From contig NC_042997.1 of assembly GCF_006345805.1 (NCBI RefSeq), positions 182,156,001 through 182,220,000 of the forward strand: DNA of 64,000 nt, given 5' to 3'. The DNA is from Octopus sinensis. Lineage: Eukaryota. The notes beneath the pieces were generated by a model. It did no database searches. It had not been told where the DNA came from and was given only the letters and a program-made list of their open reading frames with translations. Shown piece after piece: positions 1 through 10,845 of the stretch (positions are counted from its first letter, which is position 1; each line of letters begins with the position of its first letter). A program made the translations under genes and the position numbers.

Positions 1-665
1 GAAGACAAAACTAGTTTGCCTGTTTGTGTGTCTGCACCAATTCTCCTTTGACAAGGTTCTGATTCAACTGTTGTTTTCAAATGATCATAATCCAAAGACT
101 TATTGGAGAGATCAAAATCACCTTGTAAAACCACAGCTGATTTACAAGCCTTCACTACATCAGGATAGACTCCACAATTGTTTTTATCCTTTAACCCTGC
201 TGTTGGATAGAAGAGATGATAAACTGGATCTAGATATTTTCTACAGTTTGAATGAAATCATTCCTTAGTTGGTAGATTATAATTCATAACAATGAAATAC
301 AAAATTACATTCCAAACACTTCAATATATGTTGTGTGTGTATGTATATATGTGTATGTGTATATAAATATGTATGTTTATTTATATGTATACATTACTGG
401 ATAAAGTAAGTGAATTAAACATATTTTTGTAAATGTGGCATGTAGAATATATTGAAATTTAAATAGGTTACTTGCTCTAAACAATGCAGTACTTCCTCCT
501 CTGGCTTAAGGCCAATATCTTAGGTAAGACTGAAGAGATTAAAATTATATATATACACACACATACATATATATACATATATATATATACACACACACAC
601 ACACATACATACGTGCATATATATATATATATATATATAGACATACACACACACATGTATACATA

Positions 666-882
666 CATCATCATCATCGTTTAACGTCCGTTTTCCGCGC
701 TAGCACGGGTTGGACGGTTTCGACCGGGGTCTGGGGAGCTAGGGACTGCCCCAGGCTCCAGTCTAGTCTGGCAGTGTTTCTACAGCTGGATGCCCTTCCT
801 AACGCCAACCACTCCGCGAGTGTAGTGGGTGTTTTTTACGTGCCACCTGCACAGGTGCCAGAGGGGTCTGGCATCGGCCACA
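666..882 (-). mobile_element. SINE-like family 3 copy (RTE-type 3' end with (ATG)n tail), CpG-intact
   Basis: catcatcatcgtttaacgtccgttttcc...gtttctacagctggatgcccttcctaacgccaacc; the same sequence recurs about ten times in the window. Confidence 0.8.
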
Positions 883-1009
883 TGCATATATATAGAGACA
901 TACACACACATAAACATGCACACATATATACATATATACAAGCACATATACATTCATACATATATATATAGGGCAGGTAAATATATGTATACATATATAT
1001 ACGCACAGA

Positions 1010-1195
1010 TTCACCATGATAGATCGCTAGCCACTACACATTCTTTATTTTCTCTCCTTCTTTCTTCCTGCGTTCCTTTCTGTGGAAGAGCATAGGCTCG
1101 AAATGTTAAAGACTTTTTCACTTCCTGAGCGTTAAACTAATACATCTGTTTGTTGTCTACACCATCTGTCTTCGTCTTTTGTTTTTTTGTGAATT
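1010..1195 (+). mobile_element. Penelope-like terminal fragment with a variant HHR motif
   Basis: CTTT-CTGTGGA-A-GAGC-atag-GCTC-GAAA-TGTT-AAAG at 1076-1111. Confidence 0.5.
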
Positions 1196-1574
1196 CCATA
1201 TATATTCGCACATCCACACACACACATATATAATGGATGATACTTTGTTTTTATTTTATCTCATAAAATGTTTAAAACATTTAGAATGTTAAGAAGTGTA
1301 ATTTTAATTTATTTTAAATGAGGAATTCTCTTGTAATGTTTAAATCAAAATAACTGCAACTTTGGTAGGTAGATTGTATGTGTGCCCCTATTGGATATAG
1401 CTTCAAAGGAAAAGAAATTCAGTTTATGTGGATATTAACTATCAAATTGCTATTCTTTGCACAACATATTCTGAAATTCACAACTTTATGGGGATGAAAA
1501 TCTTTATTTTGCTGCTTGCCATATATATGTCACACACGCGCACGTTCATTTAATATATATATATATATCAAAAT

Positions 1575-1990
1575 CGCTGACATGGCCGATGACAGTACCA
1601 CCTGATTGGCACTCGTGCCAGTTTAACATTAGAAGCACATCCGAGCGTCATCATTGTCAGAGTCGCCCTACTGGTACATGTGCCAGTGACATGTGAAAAA
1701 CAACATTCAAGTGTAGTCGTTGCCAGTGCCACCGGACTGGCTCCCATGCAGGTATCATGTAAAAACACCTTTTGAGCATGTTTGTTGCCAGAACTGCCTG
1801 ACTGGCCTTCGTGCTGGTGTCACATAAAAGCACCCACTACACTCTCAGAGTGGTTGGCATTAGGAAGGACATCCAGCTGTAGAAACTTTGCCAGATCAAA
1901 TTGAGCCTGGTGCAACCTCTGACTCACCAGTCCTCAGTCAAACCATCCAACCCATGCCAGCATGGAAAACGGATGTTAAACGATCATTAT
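1575..1990 (+). mobile_element. Long family 3 copy
   Basis: aaaagcaccc...ttggcattaggaaggacatccagctgtagaaac...ccaacccatgccagcatggaaaacggatgttaaa; degenerate internal repeats at 1600-1830. Confidence 0.75.
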
Positions 1991-2617
1991 CATCTTCATT
2001 TAACATCCATTTTCCATGCTGGTTTGACTGAAAAGTGGTAAGCTGCACCAGGTTCCAATCTGATTTGACATGGTTTCTTCTGAACACCGATGTGTGTGTG
2101 TACATATGACTGAGTGGTTAAATTATCTTTTTAGTCATGGTTTTGGTCTGATCCCACTATGAAGTATATTAGGCAGGAATCTTTTACTAGTGCCTTGGGC
2201 CAACTCCAGCCATGTGTATGAAACTAAGCTGGAAGAAGTCTATTAGATGGATGCTACCTATAATTCAAAGGGCAGGGCCAGGTTTGTCAAAGCCTAGACG
2301 TGCCCTATATTCATGTTTATACATGTCTATGTGTCTTTGCATGTATGAGTTGTAGGTATATATATATACACACACATAGCTATAATAAACATATTTATAT
2401 ACAAAATAATATGAGTTGTAAAATGTGTTATAATATATTTTACATACTGCAAACATTATCTGACATAGAACTCAATAAATTGCATTAAGTGTATCAAAAG
2501 TTGATAGCCTACCCTGAGTTTCATATCAAGCTGTGCTATTCACAACTGTTGTGTACAAACTAGCATGGAATGCATCTCTGAGATATATACTCTTGTGTGT
2601 GTGTGTGTGTGTATGTA

Positions 2618-2875
2618 TCATCATCATTGTTTAACATCCATTTTCCATGCTGGCATGGGTTGGACAGTTTGACTGAGGACTGGAAAGCCAGTGGCTACAC
2701 CAGGCGCCAATCTGATCAGGCAATGTTTCTATAGCTCAATGCCCTTCCTAATGCCAACCAATCCAAGAGTGTAGTGGGTGCTTTTTGTGCCACTAGCACA
2801 GGAGCCAGTCAGGCAGGCCTGGCATTGATCACGTTCGGATAGTACTTTTTATGTGCCACTGGCACGGGAACCACT
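2618..2875 (-). mobile_element. Family 3 copy
   Basis: catcatcattgtttaacatccattttccatgctggcatgggttggac...gcccttcctaatgccaacc. Confidence 0.75.
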
Positions 2876-2881
2876 GCATAG

Positions 2882-2923
<42 letters not shown>

Positions 2924-2925
2924 TA

Positions 2926-3125
2926 CAGGGTGTCCCAGAAGTCGCGCACCACCCTGGTTTTTTAAAAGAATACACCCTTATTGATTTCGAAAACACTTTA
3001 TTGAAATAACAAATGCTCAAATTGAGCACCCTCTACAATAAAACATGCAGAAAAAAATATAAAGTAAAATACTTTAATTATTTTAAATGGAAACCAGAAT
3101 GGTGCGCGACTTCTGGGACTCCCTG
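2926..3125. mobile_element. 200-bp Tc1/mariner-type MITE
   Basis: 26-bp TIR CAGGGTGTCCCAGAAGTCGCGCACCA / TGGTGCGCGACTTCTGGGACTCCCTG (1 mismatch), with TA on both sides, inside a (TA)n tract. Confidence 0.9.
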
Positions 3126-3140
3126 TATATGTATATATAT

Positions 3141-3290
3141 GGTTGACGTTAGGAAGGGCATCCAGCCGTAGAAACACTGCCAGATCTGACTGGGCCTGAT
3201 GCAGCCTTCCGGCTTCACAGACCCCCAGTTGAACCGTCCAACCCATGCTAGCATGGAAAACGGACGCTAAATGATGATGATGATGATGAT
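3141..3290 (+). mobile_element. Short family 3 tail copy, directly after (TA)n
   Basis: ggttgacgttaggaagggcatccagccgtagaaacactgcc...ggacgctaaa(tga)n; near-identical to 42061-42205. Confidence 0.85.
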
Positions 3291-3829
3291 AATAAGAATG
3301 GAGACCAGATTTTATGTTAATTTGATACATTGTTATTCATATATATTTCTTTAATGAAAATTTCTATTATGCAAAAAGCTACATCACCAAATTATTAGAG
3401 ATTGCGAAACTCTTCATAAGTAAATCCTGTGGAAAGCAAGATTCTGTCAGAGTGCTATTAGATTGCTGTAATCATTTCTTTTACAATTTCTGATGATTTA
3501 ATGATGGTATCTGATTGTGAGGTAATTCATTATACAAAAAAAATTTTCATTAATGAAATACAAATAATAATACAAGAACATACAATCTTCTATTTATTCT
3601 TGTTTTACTTTATGTACACTGTACACAAATTATTGAGGATATTATTAAAATTAATGATTATTTTCTTTTTATGAATGTAGTTTAATCAAATGACTTTATA
3701 ATCAAACGCAAGGACATCTAAATATTGGGTGTGTTATACATAACACAAATATAATACATCATCATCATTTACATCTAAATATATATTGCAAACACATACA
3801 CACACACACATACAACTTGTATGCGTGTG

Positions 3830-3877
<48 letters not shown>

Positions 3878-3904
3878 TACATCTTACTGAACATCCTGCA
3901 TATA

Positions 3905-4310
3905 TGACTTGTTTGTAGTGATCAAATGTTTGTGCTGTACATTAGCTCACTTTCTCCATCAAATCGACACTACTTGTACAAATATATGGTGTACCACATG
4001 TCAGATGGATAAGTGATTTGCAGAGCAATGTGAAATGAAGTGTTTTGCTCAAGAATGCAACACATCGCATGATCTGAGAATCAAAACCACTGTCTTGTGG
4101 TTGTGAGTGCAACACCTCAACCACTAGGCCTTGTGCCCTCACTACACACACAGAAGATGGGCTTCCTTCAGTTTCCATCCACCAAATCCTTTCAGTGGGG
4201 CTTTCAGTTGGTCTGGGGTTATAGTAGAAAGACCTGCTCAAGATATCATGCAGTAGTACTGAATCTGAAACCAGGTGTTTTGGAAATGAACTTCTTGACC
4301 ATATATCCAA
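3905..4310 (-). mobile_element. Two adjacent minus-strand tRNA-SINE remnants
   Basis: 4080-4137 reverse-complements to a tRNA-like head (ggcctagtggttgaggtgttgcactcac...); 4150-4310 matches the 5' half of family 1. Confidence 0.6.
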
Positions 4311-5504
4311 AATATAAGAACCATATATGTATGTATGTATGTCAGTATTCAGTTTATTTCAAGATTCCTTGCCAATAGAGAATGAACCAGTTTCTAACCT
4401 AGATCCATAGGATCATTGGAATTTCAACATGTATGTTTTATGTTTGTATTCTCATGTATCATCATCATCATTTAACGTCCATTCTCCATGCTAGCATGGG
4501 TTGCATATCTAGACATGCTCATATATATTTAAATTATAAACTTCTGGAAAGTTTTACTGCTTTTTACAGTTCCAGTGATGGATTGGATCTGTAGTCTTTG
4601 AATTAGCTTTCTCCTTTCTGGTTTTGAGAGGCCTAATTTCTCAAGATTGGTATTTAGGCAATGTGTTTCATATCCCAAGGCCCTAATACTTATAGGCGTA
4701 TGTATGTATATATGTGTGCTTGTACGTGTGTGTGTATATATATGTTAACCTTCTATGTTTCGTACTTTATATACATGTACACACACACACAACTGATAGG
4801 CAAAATGCTACAATTTTTATCTGAGATAAAATTGTTTAGAGACATGCTATGTTGAAAACAATACATACTGAAGGAAGGCAAAAATTCATCCCAGTAGCAG
4901 TTAACAAGAACATCGATACATTTCAGCCTTCGCGGGACTTGTGAATGACATGTATTCATTGCCACATGCCTAGATGAGATTTGTCACCTCCAATATATGG
5001 AAAACACTGAATAATACATTCACTGATACTGCAAATAACCACCAAGCTGAATAAAACTTGGTGAATGCAGCATCATACTTAAAGTATAAACTCTGCTGAC
5101 AAGCATGACCCTGCAGTCTTTGTCCAAGATAAACTCTTGTAGATGTACTTTGTTATTATAAGACTCGTGCATCATTGATCATTCCTCCCATAACTTATCC
5201 ACCATTCACTTCATGTACCCTTCAACCCTATCCAATCTTTATAGTTGTTGCCTACCTCCCCCTCCTCTTAACCATTCCCCATCTTTTGATCCCCTACCCA
5301 CACTCCTAGTTGCTCTGTTTTCATTCACTTCTTCTCACCTCGTAACTTGTAGGACTACTCAGAGACCTCATCACCACTATTTTGTCTGTTTGCAGTTTCA
5401 AAGGATCATTCACGTTCTGCAAGGAACCTGCTCTTCTCTTTTCACTCATACTTTAACCCCTCATCTCCTAGCATAAAGCTCCGAATTCTTCTTGCCATTT
5501 AGCA

Positions 5505-5697
5505 TGGTAACCTAATTAGTGCTGGTTGCACAAAAATAGCACCCCGTACACACTATAAAGTGTTCAGCATTAGGAAGGGAATCCAGCTGTAGAAACCATG
5601 CCAAAGTAGACAGTGGCACATGATGCAATTGTGAACCAATCAGATCCTGTCAACTTCCCAACCCATGCCGGCATGAAATATGGATGTTAAATGATGG
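5505..5697 (+). mobile_element. Family 3 copy (older)
   Basis: cattaggaagggaatccagctgtagaaaccatgcc...ccaacccatgccggcatg. Similar decayed copies at ~29899-30110 (-), ~34545-34730 (+), ~55340-55533 (+) and ~60795-60912 (+). Confidence 0.7.
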
Positions 5698-5855
5698 TAT
5701 GTGTGTATGTATGTGCATTTATATATGCATTTGTATGTATTTGCATATATGTAATTACATCTCTATATGCATGTAAATATGTGTATTGTGTGTTTGTGTC
5801 TGTATGTGTGTATATATTATATGAGTGTTGTAGTTTGCTTGAAGCATTGTAGTAC

Positions 5856-6141
5856 TGAAGAAGGGAAACAAAAGGAGAAAGTATGAAAGCTTCAGACAAT
5901 GTTGAATCTTTTACAAAATCCTTTATATTTCAAGTGCAAAGGTCCATCCTCAGAAGGAAACAATCTGGAAACTGTCCAGTTACACAGGTTCTGTTACTCC
6001 TCGGCATTATGTGTAACTGGACAATTTCCCAGACTGTTTCCTTCTGAGGATGGGCTTTTGCATCTGAAATATAAAGGTTTTTGTAAAACTTTCTGCATTG
6101 TCAGAAGCTTTCTTATTTTCCCCTTTTCTTTGCCTTCTTCA
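5856..6141. repeat. ~130-bp-arm imperfect inverted repeat carrying Penelope-type minimal hammerhead motifs
   Basis: Arms 5856-5986 and 6010-6141, 23-nt loop. The + strand of the right arm reads CCTT-CTGAGGA-T-gggcttttgcatct-GAAA-TATA-AAGG (6040-6077). Confidence 0.8.
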
Positions 6142-7112
6142 CACACGCACACACACACACACACACACACACGTTAATGCTTGTTTATATGTTCACTTAT
6201 AATAAAAACAATTTTACATTAATCTGATGGGTTCTCTATACGTCTGTATATATACATACACACATTTTACAAGCATCACTGAATTGTCACCTGGCATAAA
6301 GTATAACCTGTTTTCATGGTTGAGTTATTGGCAACTGAGGAATATTTGCTGGAAACCCAACATTAGAAATATAGATCTGTCAAAAGGTAGAGGAACTCAG
6401 CACATGGCCAACAACTTTGTAGAAAGAAAGTGTTGCTATAAATGAGATATAAATGAGATGCTGAATGAGCACACTCTAAAACCAATTGAGAATCATGGAA
6501 CTTGAGTTTTACTCAGAACATTCATGTAGGAGATGGTATTTAACCCCACCGCCACCACTGTCTTGTAGCCGGCCTTAGTTGGTGAATACAAGAAAAAAGA
6601 CTTTAATAATGCCTTCTGTTGATACTCCCACCAGTCATCTTAATGTTTTCTTATCACTGGAACATGGTAGATGATACTTAGAGAGTTGTGTTCATGTTGT
6701 TTCAGTATCTGTCACTATTCTTTACAAAGTACAAGTATTTTTGAATAGCATAGTACATTACACCACTTGTAACTAGACTATTTAAAAGTAAGTATTTTGT
6801 AAAGAATAGAACAGAATAGCCAGTTTTATCTGTTTTAGGTGACAGGTGCATTTTCAGATTTGACTAGTTAGAAGCTTGTTGTCACAGGCCTGCACATTTG
6901 GCAGGAAGAGATTTATCTTTGCTTCTTTTTCTTCACCCTTGGTAGTTAGAAGAATTGGGTGGGATCCCTTGTGACTGAGCAATCTTATTTAAAGAGGATG
7001 CTGCTCACCCACTTGCTAAGGGTTGACTAGTAAAGGTGCAACTGACAGCTGTTCATCTCAGCAGGAACAACAAATGTAAATGTAAAATGTTAAAATATAA
7101 ACGTATAAATAG

Positions 7113-7512
7113 ACATAGGTGTGGCTGTGTGGTAAGTAGCTTGCTTACCAACCACATGGTTGGTAAGCCATGTAGAAAACACTTGTCCAAGGTGCCACTG
7201 CATGGCACCTTGGACAAGTGTCTTCTACTATAGCCTCAAGCTGACCTTGAGTGGATTTGTAGACAGAAATTGAAAGAAGCCCGTCATGTGTGTGTGTGTG
7301 TTGTTGTTGTTTCCCCCACCACCACCATCGCTTGACAACTGATGCTGGTGTGCTTATGTCCCCGTAACTTAGCAGTTCAACAAAAAGAGACCAATCGAAT
7401 AAGTACTAGGCTTACAAAGAATAAGTTCTGGGGTTGATTTGTTCAACTAAAGGTGGGGCTCCAGCATGGCTGCAGTCAGATGACTGAAACAAATAAAAGA
7501 ATAAAAGAATAG
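7113..7512 (+). mobile_element. tRNA-derived SINE family 1 copy, with rearranged head
   Basis: A-box-like TGGCTGTGTGG, ccttggacaagtgtcttctactatagcc body, internal (TG)n, and (TAAAAGAA) tail; homologous to the minus-strand copy at 20501-20863. Confidence 0.85.
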
Positions 7513-8202
7513 ATGTAAAGAACACATCTACAGACATGCTAATGAAGTGTGTGAACAGACCTAAGTGATTCCTATTCTAGTAGGTCATTCAATTCCTCCC
7601 CTGTACCTGTACCCAACCCAAGCTATATTTCTCTTTGTCTTACTAACACACCCTTTTTTCTCCTTGCTTCTCATCTGTCCATCCTACCTTCTAACTCTAT
7701 TATTTTCATTACAAACTTTCCTCTTTGTTTCTTTATCTAATTTATTGATCCAATATAAATCTATAAACACTATCCCCTATCATCCATATACCCTTTATCT
7801 TCTGAAGAGAATGCCATGACTCTGCTTCCCAGAGCTATCAAAATCTGTACAAGTTGTTATTTTGCTTATATGTAGATCTACAATATTGCCTTAGTATTGC
7901 ATTTGCTTGCATAATACACATTGTTATGTCAACCAGCCGTCAGTCATTCAAAACAGCTGTAAACATAAGACGTGATAACATCATATAAATTGCATATGCA
8001 ACTTTTCATATAAATACATTGCTTAGGCCTGTTATCATTTGACTGGCTTTCTACTTCCATACCTGCTTGATTTTGATTGTTCTTCTAGCTGACTTTTCTA
8101 CCTCTGGACTATCTCACTCTGATGAAGTTGGAGTTTAAAATTCTGATCTTACTGAACACTATTCTATACCAATCTTAAACTATCCACTTATCAGCCATTT
8201 TA

Positions 8203-8235
<33 letters not shown>

Positions 8236-8244
8236 ATACCTTAA

Positions 8245-8460
8245 CCCTTTCGTTACTGTATCTATTTTGAGATGCTCAGTGTTTCTTTCAATTACTTTTA
8301 AATATAACAAAGAATTTAGTAAAATAACTTGGTTATCATTAAGCTAGTGGTAGGAACATAAATTGTGACCAAGGTTTGGTGGAAGATTTTAATTCAAAAC
8401 TTATGCAAACAAGACATTTGTATTCAGAGCCAGTTTCAGTCGGGTTTGGTAATGAAAGGG
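8245..8460. mobile_element. piggyBac-type MITE (216 bp)
   Basis: TTAA|CCCTTTCGTTAC ... GTAATGAAAGGG|TTAA: TTAA TSD and 12-bp TIR with one CpG-type mismatch. Confidence 0.8.
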
Positions 8461-8760
8461 TTAAATATGTACATGAGTATTTAAATACTTTCTATAATAA
8501 ACATAGACTTCATTTAAATGCCTCTGAGGGAACTATAAGACGCTGCATAAGCATTCAGCTTTCAGTGCAAGATTCTTATAGTAGAAACAGTTGTAAGCTT
8601 ATAAAAGCAATTACATAACTCCTGTTTTTTTGTCTTTCATTAATTAATAATATGTTCTGTACTCACCTGATGGTTTACTCTATGGCAGAAGTATATTTAG
8701 TTCTAACAACTGGTTATTAGTATCACTATGCTTAAGGCAAATCAGAAAATGCATACATGC

Positions 8761-8802
<42 letters not shown>

Positions 8803-10631
8803 GCTTAAATATATGCTCTTAAAACAGCATTAGATTAAGATAATTATGTGTGTAACATTTATAATATATACATATAAATCTGGGAGAGCACATACTTTAA
8901 TATATTGCCTTAGAGAAACTTCTCAAAGAGATTTGTGTGTTAAAAAGCACTTGTCTTGCTCAGAATGTCAATGGATTGCTAGACATGGTCTTTGAGTATA
9001 ATTTGGTCGCCTGAGTGATGAACATGCTGTGCTTCTTGAGCTAACCCAAAAACTACTCAGTATTGATATAATTTAACAATTTAAAATGAAATTCAAACAT
9101 AAGCTCTCCAAAGATAAGAATCTTTTTTATTATTTGTTCATATGCTTTTCTCTTTTCTATTAAGTAATATATTATTAAGTATTACTGGTAATCCTACTTC
9201 TTTAGTAATATAACTATGTTCTTGGGAAGGATCTTCCAGATGGATAATTTCTCTGACACTGGTAACATTATAAATACTTTCCTAACCTTTATATATCAAC
9301 ATTTAATGGTAAGAAGCTTGATTTTCCAGAAAAACACAATCAAAAATTGGTTACAATATGAAAAAAAAAAGAAACATTAAAATAGTGGTAATCTTCATAG
9401 CATTTATTTTCATATAGATGTATCAATGGTTGTGACTAAAGTTTCTGTAATATGATTCTGTACCATCAGTCTGACTATATAGAAATACAGCACCACTCTT
9501 AGTTCATAAAATTGTATTACCGGTAGAATCATTTATTTTCACAACTGATTTGCAGAATTTTCATAATTTTTCAAATCTTGCTGACATGGAAAATAAGAAT
9601 AGAAACCACTTTGAATGGATGTTTTTTTTTTTTTTTTTTTTTTTTGAGCCCTTTTTTGTCTTTTTGTGGGGAAGTGGGGGGTTATAATAGTATTTGATAA
9701 ATCTGCTGTCACCAGAATATATTTGTGGATGTACACATTCTTCCTTTTCCCCTTTGGGTGTGACTTATGTCAGCCATAAAATAAAGCAGAAAAGCAGTAA
9801 GCTGATTAGTATGTTTAATGCATGCATATCTCACTGTTTTGGGGATTCATATCTCCCATATTACTATAGTAAAATCAATAATCTTCTTCAGCATTACCAT
9901 TCTACAGTGTTAAATGCTGAGAAGCTATCAATAATACTAAATAATCTATTTATTCATTTTCAATGGATTCATCCAATATGACCAAATGCTAATATATTCT
10001 AATTTTTATTTGAAATCTTGACTATGGAAATTCTGATATCTTGTAGATACTAAATTCCTTTGTTTAAAAATTTATGATTATTATCATTCTTTGAACTCCT
10101 GTAACTAGAAAATGCATCTACTTAGTGAAATTTTGATAATTATAGGTCGTCATTTAAAGTGGTAATGCTTTATTTAAAGCTTTTTAGCCTAATATTAGTT
10201 TTCAATTTACATATAGATTTTATGCTGCTGGTTTTTTTTGTTTATTTGTTTTAATGATTTTTAATGGCTCAAAAAAATAATTGCTTTAGAATAATAAATG
10301 AATAAAATTCATTCATTATTCAAAACTAATTTGTTACTAAAGGATAACCAGTTTCAGTTAGGTTCTGATATTTGAGAGTTAAAATCCTACTGACAGCATT
10401 GCAATTTGCAAAATACAAGTTTACCTAGTCTTTGGTGAAGTATAATGAAAACTGACTCTCAGCCCAAGAGCTCTCCTATTCCATTGCAATAATAAAAACT
10501 GTACTTTAATCCGTATATATAAAGTATATATTTCATGTTAGATATGGTGTCAAAATATCTTAATTTTATTTAGAATTCAAGAATATAGCTAAATCTAGGA
10601 AACCAGTGTTTTTATCAATATAGACCTGTTT

Positions 10632-10845
10632 TAGGCGGCAAGCTGGCAGAAACATTAGCATGCCAGGCGAAATGCTTAACAGTATTTTGTCTGTCTTCGT
10701 GTTCTGAGTTCAAATTCCACCAAGGTCGACTTTGCCTTTCATCCTTTCGGGGGTCAATAAATTAAGTACCAGTTGCGTACTGGAGTTGACCTAATTGACT
10801 GGCTTCTCCTCCAAAATTTCAGGCTTTGTGCCTAGAGTAGAAAAG
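10632..10845 (+). mobile_element. tRNA-like SINE family 2 copy with a perfect 15-bp target-site duplication (TSD)
   Basis: AATATAGACCTGTTT at 10617-10631 and 10846-10860. Head AGCTGGCAGAA...GAGTTCAAATTCC (A/B-box-like). Related pieces lie at ~21950-22035 (-) and ~57420-57570 (+). Confidence 0.88.

Noticed and set aside
7800-8150. CTGAAGA (7801) and CTGATGA (8119) as further hammerhead cores
   Set aside because: No convincing stem II followed by GAAA, and no stem I pairing.
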